Positions 52,198 through 61,589 of a stretch of 64,000 nucleotides of DNA are shown piece by piece. A model generated the notes under the pieces. It did not search any database, had not been told where the DNA came from, and saw only the letters and a list, made by a program, of their open reading frames with translations. The position numbers and the translations under genes were made by a program. Each line of letters starts with the position of its first letter. The first letter of the stretch is position 1. Source of the stretch: an uncultured Actinomycetes bacterium (GTDB taxonomy: Bacteria; Actinomycetota; Thermoleophilia; Gaiellales; JALYLC01); NCBI GenBank assembly GCA_963845865.1, contig CAWJTT010000023.1, positions 1,722-65,721 of the forward strand, written 5' to 3'.

Positions 52198-53154
52198 ATG
52201 CGTCGTTCCCCAGCCGTAGTGGCGACGCTCGTCGCCGTCGCGCTGACGGTCGCAGCTTGTGGCGGTTCGAGTTCGTCCTCGGGCTCGGGGACGACTGCAG
52301 CCCCGAGTGACAGTGGCGGCGACGCCGCCGCCATTCTCAGCGCAATCGATACGACGGCCAGCACGGGCCCGCAGAAGCTGAAGCTGGATGTGAGCGCTGA
52401 TATCAAGGGCACGCCGAAGGACCAGCAACTCGCCCTCTTGACGAAGCAGCCGATCCACCTCGGCCTCGACGGCGTGGTGGATTCGACCGGGAAGAGCGCC
52501 GATGTGAACGTCAGCGTCACATTGGGCAAGTCCCCGCTCGAAGCCGAGATCAGGACCGGCGACGGAAAGACGTGGATCCAGATCGACGGCAAGTGGTACG
52601 ACCTGCCCGCCAACATGCTCTCGTCGACGACTGGCACGTCGCTCCCGAGCGGAATCTCGACCAGCAATCTCGACGCCGGCAAGATTCTCGCGGCGATCGG
52701 AGACCCGGCGAAGCTCCTGGACAATACGTCGGTTTCCAGCGAAAAAGTCGAAGGTATCGATACCGACAAAGTCTCGGGCGATGTCAACATCGCAGGCGTC
52801 GCGACTGCTGTCGCCAATCTCTCCAAGAGCCTCGGCAACAGCTCGTCGACCGCTCCCTCGCAGGCTGAGATCGACAAGACCGTGACGCAGTTGAAGAACG
52901 TCATCAACAAGGCCCACGTCGACCTGTGGGTTGGCAAGAGCGATCACAAGGTGCACCGGGTGGCATTCACGGTCGACGCTTCGATGGATGACTCGACGAA
53001 AGCGAGCTCGGGCATCGACTCGGCGACCATTGATTTCGATGTGACAACGGTCGACGCGAGCCCGCCCGACATCTCGGCACCGTCGTCGGTCGGAACGCAG
53101 GCGGAATTCCAGGCCGCCGTCGTGGGCCTGCTCGGCAAAGTCATGAGCGGCTGA
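52198..53154 (+). CDS. Putative lipoprotein of unknown function (Ser/Thr/Asp-rich), with atypical codon usage
   Basis: There is a strong SD, GAGGAGGAGGG. The signal plus lipobox reads MRRSPAVVATLVAVALTVAAC|GGSSSS. The ORF is 318 aa and has visibly more A/T-ending codons than its neighbours. Confidence 0.8.
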   Translation: MRRSPAVVATLVAVALTVAACGGSSSSSGSGTTAAPSDSGGDAAAILSAIDTTASTGPQKLKLDVSADIKGTPKDQQLALLTKQPIHLGLDGVVDSTGKSADVNVSVTLGKSPLEAEIRTGDGKTWIQIDGKWYDLPANMLSSTTGTSLPSGISTSNLDAGKILAAIGDPAKLLDNTSVSSEKVEGIDTDKVSGDVNIAGVATAVANLSKSLGNSSSTAPSQAEIDKTVTQLKNVINKAHVDLWVGKSDHKVHRVAFTVDASMDDSTKASSGIDSATIDFDVTTVDASPPDISAPSSVGTQAEFQAAVVGLLGKVMSG

Positions 53155-53193
53155 AACCAGCCCGAGCGTCGCTCTCTCGCTATCGTCCGGGCG

Positions 53194-53907
53194 GTGCGCC
53201 CGCGGCCGCAGCTCGTACTGCTCGACGTCGACTTCACGTTGATTCGCCCGCGCCGCGTGTTCGATGCCAACGGGTATGCCGAGCTCGGCGCACGCTTCGG
53301 TGCCCGGCTGGACCCCGACCGCTATGAGCAGGCACGGCTCGACGCGTTGCACATCTTCGAGGTCGACACGCTCGAGCACCGCAGCGCCCAGCACCGCCGC
53401 TTCGCGGTCGAGATCGTACGGGGCATGGGCGCCGGCACGGCCGAGGCCGAGCAGATCGGAATCGCGGCCGAGGAGGCGTGGGCCGACCCGAGCAACTTCG
53501 AGCTCTTTCCCGACGTGACGTCGCTGCTCGAGGCCCTACGCGCCTCGGGCTGCACGATCGGACTCGTGTCCAACACCGACCGCGAGCTCGAGGCGTTCGC
53601 GGCGGAGCTCGGGGTCCGAGTGGACTTCGCGCTCGCCTCGCGAGCGCACGGTCGCCGCAAGCCCTGTGCCACGATCTTCGCCGCCGCGCTCGCGCTCGGC
53701 GGCGCGCCATCGGAGCTCGCCGTCATGGTGGGCGACAGCCTCGACGACGACATCGCCGGCGCATCGGCCTGCGGTGTGCGCGCGGTGCTCGTCGATCGCC
53801 ACGCGCGCTTCCCCGACCACGCAGGCGAGCGCATCCAGGGCCTCGACGAGCTGCCGCCGCTGCTCGGCCTCGAGGCGCCGGCGGTGACGCCTCCCGCCGG
53901 CGCATGA
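53194..53907 (+). CDS. HAD-superfamily hydrolase, subfamily IA
   Basis: 237 aa. Motifs: VLLDVDFTLI, GLVSNTD, RKP and VMVGDSLDDDIAGASACG. Confidence 0.8.
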   Translation: MRPRPQLVLLDVDFTLIRPRRVFDANGYAELGARFGARLDPDRYEQARLDALHIFEVDTLEHRSAQHRRFAVEIVRGMGAGTAEAEQIGIAAEEAWADPSNFELFPDVTSLLEALRASGCTIGLVSNTDRELEAFAAELGVRVDFALASRAHGRRKPCATIFAAALALGGAPSELAVMVGDSLDDDIAGASACGVRAVLVDRHARFPDHAGERIQGLDELPPLLGLEAPAVTPPAGA

Positions 53908-54692
53908 CACCCGCGGGCATCGTGCTCGATCTCGACGGGGTGCTGCTCGCGGCCGGCGCGCCGATCCCCGGTGCCGTGGACGCCGTGCGCGCGCTGCAGG
54001 CAGCAGGTCACGCATGCGCCGTGCTCACGAACATGACGTCGGCCCCGCCCCGGGACATCTCGGCCCGCCTCGCGGAGGCCGGCATCGATCTGGCGGCCGA
54101 GCGCATCGTCACTGCCGCGGTGGCCACGGCGGACGCGCTGCGGGCGTCGTATCCCGGCGCGCGCATCCTGCTCGTCGCGGAGCGAGGGAGCGAGCGCGAA
54201 TTCTCGGGCTTCCGGCTCGTCGAGGCGGCTCCGGCCGACCTCGTCGTCGTCGGCGGCCCCGACGAGTCCTGGACGCTCACGCTGCTCGACCGCGCGCTGC
54301 GCGCGCTGCAGGGCGGGGCTCGCCTGATCGCGATGCAGGGCAACGCGTGGTGGCTGGCCGCCGACGGCGCGCGACTGGACAGCGGCGCCTACGTGCGTGC
54401 ACTCGCCTACGCCGCGGGCACCCGCCCGCGTGTGATCGGCAAGCCCGCGTCCGCGATCTTCCACGCAGCCTGCCGGGCGCTCGGCCTGCCGCCCGGCGCG
54501 TGCCTGATGGTCGGCGACGACCTTCGCTCGGACGTGCTGGCGGCAGAGCGGGCGGGGCTGCGCGGGGTTCTCGTCCGCACCGGCAAGGGCCGTGGCTTCG
54601 CCGACGATCCGCGCGCCTCCCAGGCCGCCGCGATTCTCGACAGCGTCGCCGACCTTCCGCGCTGGCTGGCGGACACGGGTCGAGGACGCTAG
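53904..54692 (+). CDS. HAD-superfamily hydrolase, subfamily IIA (NagD-like phosphatase)
   Basis: ATG at 53904 in an ATGA overlap. Motifs: IVLDLDGVLL, LTNMTS, GKP and MVGDDLRSDVLAAERAGLRGVLVRTG. Confidence 0.8.
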   Translation: MTPAGIVLDLDGVLLAAGAPIPGAVDAVRALQAAGHACAVLTNMTSAPPRDISARLAEAGIDLAAERIVTAAVATADALRASYPGARILLVAERGSEREFSGFRLVEAAPADLVVVGGPDESWTLTLLDRALRALQGGARLIAMQGNAWWLAADGARLDSGAYVRALAYAAGTRPRVIGKPASAIFHAACRALGLPPGACLMVGDDLRSDVLAAERAGLRGVLVRTGKGRGFADDPRASQAAAILDSVADLPRWLADTGRGR

Positions 54693-56101
54693 GCGGCGCG
54701 CAATGCCGCAAGCAGCGCGAGCAGGTCGTCGCGCGTCGTCGCGGCATTCATGAGCGCACAGCGCAGCCAGGTCACGCCGCGCAGCTTGGTCTGCACGACA
54801 TAGAACTCGCCGCTCGCATTGACTGCGATGCGAATGCGCTCCTGGTGTGCATCGGAATCCGTGCCCTCCGGGACGCGATGACGGAAGCACACGATGTTGC
54901 ACTCCGGCTCCAGTGCGAGCTCGAAGTCGTCGCTCTCGCGCACGAGTTGCGCGAGCTCGCGACCGAGCTCCCACAGCCTCTCGACGTGCGCTCGCAGGCC
55001 CTCGGCGCCGACCGTCGCGAAGCCGAGGTACGCGACCAGCGAGAGCTGCGGGCGCGTGCACTCCAGGGTGCGCGTGCCCATGTTCTCGTCGCCGGCGTCG
55101 CCGCTGCGGAAGAGATAGTCGGCCTGCTGGGCGAACGCGCCGTAGGCGTCTCTCGCGCGCGCGTACGCGAGCAGCGAAGCGAGCGCGGGGAACGGCAGGG
55201 TCTTGTGGAGATCCCACACCACCGAGTCGGCGCGCCCGATGCCGGCGAGCTGGGGGGCCAGCTTGGGGCTGAGAGCCGCCGAGCCGCCGTGAGCCGCGTC
55301 GACGTGGAGCCACAGGCCCTCGTCCGCGCAGACCTGCGCGATCTCGTCGAGCGGATCGAACGCGCCCGTCGCCGTCGTGCCCGCGCTCGCGACGACGGCG
55401 ATCGGCCGCTGACCTCTCGCGCGCGCAGCGGCGATCTCGGCGGAGAGCGCGTCGGGCCGCATGCGGAAGCGCTCGTCGCTCGCGACCGAGATGGCGCCAG
55501 CCTGTCCGAACCCCATGATCTGCGCGGCGCGGGCCGTGGAGTAGTGGGTCTGGTCGCTCGCCAGCAGGGCCAGCGGCGGGCCGCCGTGCGAGCCGTCGCG
55601 CCACACGTCGAAGCCCGCGCGCTCCTGTCGCGCGGCGAGCAGCGCCGTCAGCGTCGCGATCGTCCCGCCGTGCACGATCATGCCGCCGGCCGTCTCGGGC
55701 ATGCACAGGCGGGCGGTGAGGTGCTTGGAGAGGGCGAGCTCGCACGCACCGCCGGCCTGGCTCAGCTCGTAGATCGCGCCGGAGCCGTTGACGATCGCGA
55801 CGACCATCGAGCCGAGCGTCGTCAGCGGGAGCGGGGCGGCCAGCTGGTGCCCGACGTAGGCCGGATGGTGCGTGACGGTGCTCTCGGCGAGTATCTGGTC
55901 GACGATCGCGAGCGGATCCGCGCCCCCGCCGAAGTCGGCGGGCCAGCGCTCCGACATGCCGGCCGGGTCGAGCGGGCGCGAGACCGGGATGGCCCGATCC
56001 CCGGCCGCGACGAGGTGGTCGGCGAGGCGGTCGACGACCGCGTGACCCCACTCGCGGAACCGCTCGGGATCGCGAGCGGCTCGCAGGCGCTCGTCCGTCA
56101 T
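54689..56101 (-). CDS. PLP-dependent group II amino-acid decarboxylase (DABA/lysine/aromatic decarboxylase-like)
   Basis: 470 aa starting MTDERLRAARDPERF. Motifs include GGTIATLTALLAAR, HVDAAHGG and the PLP-lysine motif DLHKTL. Its ATG overlaps the gcdH stop (ATGA). Confidence 0.85.
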   Translation of the reverse strand: MTDERLRAARDPERFREWGHAVVDRLADHLVAAGDRAIPVSRPLDPAGMSERWPADFGGGADPLAIVDQILAESTVTHHPAYVGHQLAAPLPLTTLGSMVVAIVNGSGAIYELSQAGGACELALSKHLTARLCMPETAGGMIVHGGTIATLTALLAARQERAGFDVWRDGSHGGPPLALLASDQTHYSTARAAQIMGFGQAGAISVASDERFRMRPDALSAEIAAARARGQRPIAVVASAGTTATGAFDPLDEIAQVCADEGLWLHVDAAHGGSAALSPKLAPQLAGIGRADSVVWDLHKTLPFPALASLLAYARARDAYGAFAQQADYLFRSGDAGDENMGTRTLECTRPQLSLVAYLGFATVGAEGLRAHVERLWELGRELAQLVRESDDFELALEPECNIVCFRHRVPEGTDSDAHQERIRIAVNASGEFYVVQTKLRGVTWLRCALMNAATTRDDLLALLAALRAA

Positions 56102-57255
56102 TCGAGCGCGTTCTCGCCCGTCAGGTCGCGACCGACGATCAGCGTATGGATGTCGTGCGTGCCCTCGTAGGTGTCGACCGTCTCGAGATTGAGCATGTGC
56201 CGGATCACGGGGTATTCCGTCGTTATGCCGTTGCCGCCGTGCATCTCGCGTGCCAGCCGGGCGCCCTCGAGCGCCACGCGCACGTTGTTGCGCTTGGCCA
56301 TGCTGACCTGGGCGTAGTTCATCTCGCCGGCATCCTTGAGCTGCCCGAGGCGCCGCGCCATGAGCAGCCCCAGGGAATGCTGCGTGGCGAGCGTCGTCAG
56401 CTTCTGCTGCACGAGTTGGCGCGCGGCGATCGGACGTCCGAACGTGGTGCGCGTCTTCGTGTACTCGAGCGACGCCGTGAGGCACGTCTCGAGGGAACCC
56501 AGCGCGCCCCATGCGATCCCGTAGCGGGCCTGGGTCAGACATCCCAGCGGATATTTGAGTCCGCCCGCGACGGGGAAGCGCGCAGAGGCGGGCACGCGCA
56601 CGTCCTCCAGCACGATCTCGCCGGTGATGCTGGCGCGCAGGCTCGCCTTGCTGTGCGTGACCGGCGCGCTGAAGCCCGTCGCATCCGACTCGACGAGGAA
56701 CCCCTGCACCACGTCGTCGTCGTCCTTTGCCCAGACCACGGCGACGTCCGCCTGCGGGCTGTTCGTGATCCACATCTTGGAGCCGTTGAGGACGTACCCG
56801 TCGCCGTCGCGGCGCGCCCGGGTGCGCATCGCGCCCGGATCGCTGCCGCCGTCGGACTCCGTCAGGCCGAAGCAGCCGACGATTGCGCCCGAGGCCAGCT
56901 CCGGCAGGTAGCGGCGCTTTTGCTCCTCGGATCCGTAGGCGTAGATCGGGTACATCACGAGGCTGCCCTGCACGCTGGCCGAGGAGCGCACGCCCGAGTC
57001 GCCGCGCTCGAGCTCGTAGCAGATGAGGCCGTAGGCGGTGCTCGAGATGCCGCTGCCGCCGTACTCGGCCGGCGTCGTGGGCCCGAGGATTCCGAGATCG
57101 CCCATCTGCGTGATGAGGTCGCGCGGCAGCGTGTCGGCATCCCACCAGTCCTGGACGTGCGGGACGATGGCCTCGTCCACGAACGACCTGACGGTCGCGT
57201 GGATCTCGCGCTCCTCCCCCGTGAGGCCGTCGAGCGCCCTGAAATAGTCGAACAC
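56098..57255 (-). CDS. gcdH: Glutaryl-CoA dehydrogenase-like acyl-CoA dehydrogenase
   Basis: 385 aa with a GTG start after GAGGAG. The product contains GCFGLTESDGGSDPGAM...KMWITNSP...LGCLTQARYGIAWGALG...FGRPIAARQLVQQKL...TYEGTHDIHTLIVGRDLTG, which closely resembles GcdH. Confidence 0.85.
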   Translation of the reverse strand: MFDYFRALDGLTGEEREIHATVRSFVDEAIVPHVQDWWDADTLPRDLITQMGDLGILGPTTPAEYGGSGISSTAYGLICYELERGDSGVRSSASVQGSLVMYPIYAYGSEEQKRRYLPELASGAIVGCFGLTESDGGSDPGAMRTRARRDGDGYVLNGSKMWITNSPQADVAVVWAKDDDDVVQGFLVESDATGFSAPVTHSKASLRASITGEIVLEDVRVPASARFPVAGGLKYPLGCLTQARYGIAWGALGSLETCLTASLEYTKTRTTFGRPIAARQLVQQKLTTLATQHSLGLLMARRLGQLKDAGEMNYAQVSMAKRNNVRVALEGARLAREMHGGNGITTEYPVIRHMLNLETVDTYEGTHDIHTLIVGRDLTGENALE

Positions 57256-57268
57256 GGATCTCCTCGCG

Positions 57269-57856
57269 TCAGGGCTGACCGGCCGCAGCTGCGCGCCGTG
57301 CGGCCTTCGTGGCGCGTTTGTGCGCCTGGTACGCGGCGAGCTCCTCGGCCGTGCGCACGTCCCCGAGCGTCGGATGGTCGGGCAGGAGGGCCTCGATGCC
57401 GGGCGGCCGCACGCCGAACTGCCGTGCCAGCAGCGTCATCACTGTGCGCACCTTCATCTCGCCGAAGCCGGGCAGCTCGGCGAGCCGGGCGCGCAGGTCG
57501 TCAGCGCTCTTGGCCTCCCGCCAGATGCGCGCGGCATCGCCGCCGTAGCGCTCCTCGAGGAACGCGCAGAGCGCGCGTACGCGCTCGGCCATCGCGCCCG
57601 GGAAGCGATGCAGCGCCGGGCGCTCGCGGAAGACGGCGCTCAGCGCCTCCGGATCCATCGCTCCGATGCGTGCGACATCGAGGTGCCCCAGGCGCGTCCG
57701 CAGCTCGAGCGGCCCCGAGAACGCCTTCTGCACGGTAACTTGCTGGTCGAGGACGAAGCCGATGAGGAGCGCGGCGGGATCGCTGGCGAGCAGGCGGTTG
57801 GCCTCCTCGTCGGCGGTGAAGGGCAGGCTGTCGGGAGCGGTTGCGGTACGGGCCAT
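57269..57856 (-). CDS. HhH-GPD-type base-excision DNA repair family protein
   Basis: 195 aa, ...LLIGFVLDQQVTVQKAF.GP..L...LPGFGEMKVRTVMTLLARQFGV. This is the typical short actinobacterial HhH-GPD family. Confidence 0.75.
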   Translation of the reverse strand: MARTATAPDSLPFTADEEANRLLASDPAALLIGFVLDQQVTVQKAFSGPLELRTRLGHLDVARIGAMDPEALSAVFRERPALHRFPGAMAERVRALCAFLEERYGGDAARIWREAKSADDLRARLAELPGFGEMKVRTVMTLLARQFGVRPPGIEALLPDHPTLGDVRTAEELAAYQAHKRATKAARRAAAAGQP

Positions 57857-57873
57857 GCCGGTAGGGTACCCAC

Positions 57874-58191
57874 GTGACGGCCGCCGCCGAGTTCTTCACT
57901 GCGCTCCCTGCCCGCCTGAGCGGCGCCGGCGAGACCACCGGGCCCGCAGTCATCGCGTTCGCACTGGACGGTGCGCCGGCCGGCGGGTGGACGCTACGGC
58001 TCTCAGCGGACGGGGCCGAGGTTTCGGACGGCGTCGGCCCGGCCGACGTCGTCGTCACGTGCACGCGCGAGCACTGGGAGCAGATCTGCGACGGCAGCCT
58101 GTCGCCGCAGACGGCGTGGGCGACGGGGCTGCTGACGGTCAGCGGCGATATGCGGCTTGCGCAGTCCGTCCGCTCGCTTCTGGGGTTCTGA
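57874..58191 (+). CDS. SCP2 sterol-binding domain protein
   Basis: 105 aa, ...VIAFALDGAPAGGWTLRLSADGAEVSDG...ADVVVTCTREHWEQICDGSLSPQTAWATGLLTVSGDMRLAQSV. Confidence 0.75.
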   Translation: MTAAAEFFTALPARLSGAGETTGPAVIAFALDGAPAGGWTLRLSADGAEVSDGVGPADVVVTCTREHWEQICDGSLSPQTAWATGLLTVSGDMRLAQSVRSLLGF

Positions 58192-58192
58192 G

Positions 58193-59011
58193 ATGCGCGC
58201 GGGCTTCGCGATCGCCGTCGTCGCCCTGCTGCTCGCTGGCTGCACGCGCTCCGTCGACGAGCACCGCGAGGTGCCCACGTCCGGTGGGCCGCCGAGTTTC
58301 CTCGCGCAGTCGTTCGATGCGATCGGCACCCTGCTCGTCGGCACGCCGCAGGGGGTGTATCGCTCAACCGACGGCGGCAGGACCTGGCACACGACGACGC
58401 GGCACGTCTGGAAGGCGCTCTCGGCGGGCTTCACCCAGGCATCGACGATCGTCTCCCGCGGTCGGCTCCTGGAGCGCGGCAACCTCGCCTACGACCACAT
58501 CGACGCGCCCAAGCGCTCGCCCTTCCACGGCGGCAGCGTGCTCGCGCTCTCCTGGCTGCCGAGCGGCAAGCTCTACGCCCTCGTCCACGGCACCTACTGG
58601 CGTCTCTACGTCACGCTCGACTCCGCGCGTACCTGGTACCCGCGCCCCGCGCTCGACCTGCCCATCTCAGCGCGCTCGATCGCGGCCGCCCGTGCGAAGG
58701 GGGCGCCGGACGTGGTCTACGCCGCTGCGGGCCGCGCCGGGCTCTGGCGCTCGGTCGACGCGGGCGTCAGCTGGTCGCGCCTCCCCGTCGCCGCGAATGC
58801 CCAGTCGGTCGCCACCACGCCGGCGCGCTGGCAGCACGTCGTCGCCGCGCTGCCCGAGTTGTCGTGGTCGGACGACTACGGGACGACGTGGCACACGAGC
58901 GGTCCGCGCGCGACGATCGTCGCCTCGGATCCGCGCAACGACCGCATCTGGTACGCGGTCGCTCCGGACGGAGAGCTGCTCGTCTCCACGGACGGCGGCC
59001 GCAGCTGGTAG
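58193..59011 (+). CDS. Lipoprotein with BNR/Asp-box (beta-propeller) repeats
   Basis: MRAGFAIAVVALLLAGC| is the lipobox. Asp-box-like repeats are STDGGRTW, SLDSARTW, SVDAGVSW, SDDYGTTW and STDGGRSW. Confidence 0.8.
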   Translation: MRAGFAIAVVALLLAGCTRSVDEHREVPTSGGPPSFLAQSFDAIGTLLVGTPQGVYRSTDGGRTWHTTTRHVWKALSAGFTQASTIVSRGRLLERGNLAYDHIDAPKRSPFHGGSVLALSWLPSGKLYALVHGTYWRLYVTLDSARTWYPRPALDLPISARSIAAARAKGAPDVVYAAAGRAGLWRSVDAGVSWSRLPVAANAQSVATTPARWQHVVAALPELSWSDDYGTTWHTSGPRATIVASDPRNDRIWYAVAPDGELLVSTDGGRSW

Positions 59012-59017
59012 AGCGGG

Positions 59018-59419
59018 TTAACGCTGGACGGGCATGGCAGCCAGCCAGTCGGGCACGCGGCGCGGGGAACCGCTCTCGCGGTCGAGCACGGCGTGCCGGG
59101 TGCGGCCGCTGAGCACGAGCCGCGTTCCGCGCTCCACGCGGTAGACCAGGCTGAAGGTCGCCCGCGAGCGCTGGGCCAGTGCGCAGGTGACCGTGAACTC
59201 CTCATCGAATCGCAGGGGTGCGTGGTAGCGCAGGTCGACGCCCACGACGGCGAACTCGATGCCGTCGCGATCGCGCAGTTCGCCGTAGGGATGTCCGAGC
59301 GCGCGCAGGTACTCGACGCGCGCCGCCTCGAGGTAGGGCAGGTAGGCGGCGTGGTGAGCGACGCCCATCGCGTCGGTCTCGGCGAAGCGCACCCGCAGGT
59401 CGATGCGGAAATCGCTCAC
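59018..59419 (-). CDS. Acyl-CoA thioesterase (YbgC/4HBT hotdog fold)
   Basis: 133 aa, MSDFRIDLRVRFAETDAMGVAHHAAYLPYLEAARVEYLRALG. The GTG start overlaps the upstream stop (GTGA). Confidence 0.85.
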   Translation of the reverse strand: MSDFRIDLRVRFAETDAMGVAHHAAYLPYLEAARVEYLRALGHPYGELRDRDGIEFAVVGVDLRYHAPLRFDEEFTVTCALAQRSRATFSLVYRVERGTRLVLSGRTRHAVLDRESGSPRRVPDWLAAMPVQR

Positions 59420-60327
59420 GGCGCCCCTTCGAGGTTCCGGACGTCGAGCACCGGGACATAGCCGAGGCGCTCGTTGAGCGCCAGCATCGCGGCGTTGGCG
59501 GGACTCGTGTCGGCGATCAGCTGCCGGGCGCCGAGCTCGCGGGCGAGCTCGATCGCGGCGCGCTTGAGCGCGCGGCCATGGCCCTGTCCTCTCGCCGACT
59601 CCGCCACGCCGGTCAGCACGTGGTACACGGTCTCGGGCTGGGCGGCGCAGACGCGCAGGGCGCAGATGCCGGCGATCTCGCCATCGGGCCCGCGCGTCAC
59701 GAGCACTGTTCGGGGACCGCAGCCCGGGGCGTCGAGCACTCGCCCGCGCCAGGCTGCGAACGTCTCTGGCACGTATGGCGCACTCGTGTTGAGATCTGCG
59801 TGGAGCGTGCGGTCGAGCCGCCAGGCTCCGTGCTCGCTCCCGGGCGCCTCGGACGCCAGAGAACGGACGCGGATGCCGGCGTCGGAAGACGGAGTTGCTC
59901 GATCAAGCTCCAGCGAGAGAAAGCGATCATATTCAACGATCTGCAGGGAGTGCCTGGCGGCGAGGGCGTCCCAGCCGCGGTCGCCCTCGGGTGCGTATGT
60001 CCTGATGACATCGGCCCCGAGCGCGCGGGCGCGGGCCAGTAGGTGCTCGAGCAACGAGCCTCCGAGACCCTTGCCGCGCGCATCCGGCCGCACGTGGAGG
60101 TCGAGCGCCACCCGCGTGTCCTGCCGGAACGCGAAGTGGCGTCGCACGGCGCCCACGGCAGTCGGCCGGGCGCGGGGGCCGACGGCGTAGCGCTCGACGA
60201 CTCCCAGGGTGGCCGCCTCGTGCGCGAGGTCGGCGGGAGCAAGCGGCAGCAGGCGCGTGTCGTCGTCGTTCCACGCGTCGCACCAGGCGGCGAGCTCCGC
60301 CTCCCCGACCGGGTAGGGCGTCTCCAT
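59416..60327 (-). CDS. Tandem GNAT-domain N-acetyltransferase
   Basis: 303 aa with two acetyl-CoA-binding-like motifs (RGKGLGGSLLEHLLARA and RGQGHGRALKRAAIELA). The architecture resembles MshD-type double GNATs. Confidence 0.75.
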   Translation of the reverse strand: METPYPVGEAELAAWCDAWNDDDTRLLPLAPADLAHEAATLGVVERYAVGPRARPTAVGAVRRHFAFRQDTRVALDLHVRPDARGKGLGGSLLEHLLARARALGADVIRTYAPEGDRGWDALAARHSLQIVEYDRFLSLELDRATPSSDAGIRVRSLASEAPGSEHGAWRLDRTLHADLNTSAPYVPETFAAWRGRVLDAPGCGPRTVLVTRGPDGEIAGICALRVCAAQPETVYHVLTGVAESARGQGHGRALKRAAIELARELGARQLIADTSPANAAMLALNERLGYVPVLDVRNLEGAP

Positions 60328-60407
60328 CGGCCGCCGACCTTAGAGGTTCTCGTCGCGCCAACGCGGCGTTACGGGTCGCAATCGCCGCGCCCGCATCTCC
60401 GTGTACG

Positions 60408-61589
60408 TTGCGGCACGTGAGGACGCGAATCTTCGTCGCCCTGGGGGCAGCGCTGCTGCTCGCAGTGGGCGCCCAGGAGGCCTGGTCTCGTGTCGGCGGC
60501 CACGCCGGCGCCGCGGCGTCCTTTCGCCTCGTCACGGTCGCCTCGGGCCTGAGCTCGCCGGTCTACGCGACCGTGGCGCCGGGCGACAAGCGGCTGTTCG
60601 TCGTCGAGCAGGGGGGCACGATCCGCACCGTGAGCAAGGGCAAGGTCGCGGCCAGGCCCTATGCCGACCTGCGGCGCTTCGTCAAGTCCGGGGGCGAGCA
60701 GGGCCTGCTCTCCGTGGCGTTCTCGCCGAAGTTCGCCTCCAACGGCAAGCTCTACGTCTACTTCACGAACCAGGCAGGCAACGAGGTCGTCTGGGAGCTG
60801 CACGCGCGCAAGGGCGCAGCGAGCGTCCGCCCCGGTCACCGCCAGCTGCTCGAGATCCCGGACACCGAGTCCAACCACAACGGCGGTCAGCTCCAGTTCG
60901 GGCCCGACGGGATGCTCTACATCGGCGATGGGGACGGCGGCGGCGGCGGCGATCAGCACGGGGCGCACGGCAACGGGCAGAACCCGGGAGTTCTGCTCGG
61001 CAAGCTGATGCGAATCGACGTCAACACCCGCACGAGCGGGCTTGCCTACGGCATCCCCAAGGACAACCCGTTCGTGGGCCGGGCCGGCTGGCGCCCCGAG
61101 ATCTGGGATCTCGGCCTGCGCAACCCGTGGCGCTTCTCGTTCGACCGTGCGAACGGCGATCTCTGGATCGGCGACGTCGGTCAGAACGCGTGGGAGGAGG
61201 TCGACCACGTCAAGCGCGGGCTCGGTGGGATCAACTTCGGCTGGAACCGCTACGAGGGCCGGCACGACTTCGCCAGCGACACGCCCCTGGCCGGGGGGAA
61301 GCTGCGCATGCCCGTGGCCGAGTACAGCCATTCGGACGGCTGCAGCATCACCGGCGGCTACGTCTACCGCGGTCCGAGGATCGCGGGGCTGAGCGGCCGC
61401 TACGTCTACGCCGACTACTGCTCGGGCAAGATGTGGACACTCGCGACTTCGGGCGGCTCCCCACGCGACGTCTCGAGCGTCGTCAGCGACGCCGGGGTGA
61501 AGTCGATCACCTCGTTCGGAGAGAACGGATCCGGCATGCTGTACGTGTGCTCGGGCGAGGGAACCCTCTACCGCTTCGCTGCGCGCTAG
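60408..61589 (+). CDS. PQQ-dependent sugar dehydrogenase (soluble glucose/sorbosone dehydrogenase family); start TTG 60408 or GTG 60417
   Basis: There is a signal peptide. Motifs include EQGLLSVAFSP, HNGGQLQFGPDGMLYIGDGDGG, GLRNPWRFSFD, WIGDVGQNAWEEV and NFGWN. Confidence 0.85.
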   Translation: MRHVRTRIFVALGAALLLAVGAQEAWSRVGGHAGAAASFRLVTVASGLSSPVYATVAPGDKRLFVVEQGGTIRTVSKGKVAARPYADLRRFVKSGGEQGLLSVAFSPKFASNGKLYVYFTNQAGNEVVWELHARKGAASVRPGHRQLLEIPDTESNHNGGQLQFGPDGMLYIGDGDGGGGGDQHGAHGNGQNPGVLLGKLMRIDVNTRTSGLAYGIPKDNPFVGRAGWRPEIWDLGLRNPWRFSFDRANGDLWIGDVGQNAWEEVDHVKRGLGGINFGWNRYEGRHDFASDTPLAGGKLRMPVAEYSHSDGCSITGGYVYRGPRIAGLSGRYVYADYCSGKMWTLATSGGSPRDVSSVVSDAGVKSITSFGENGSGMLYVCSGEGTLYRFAAR

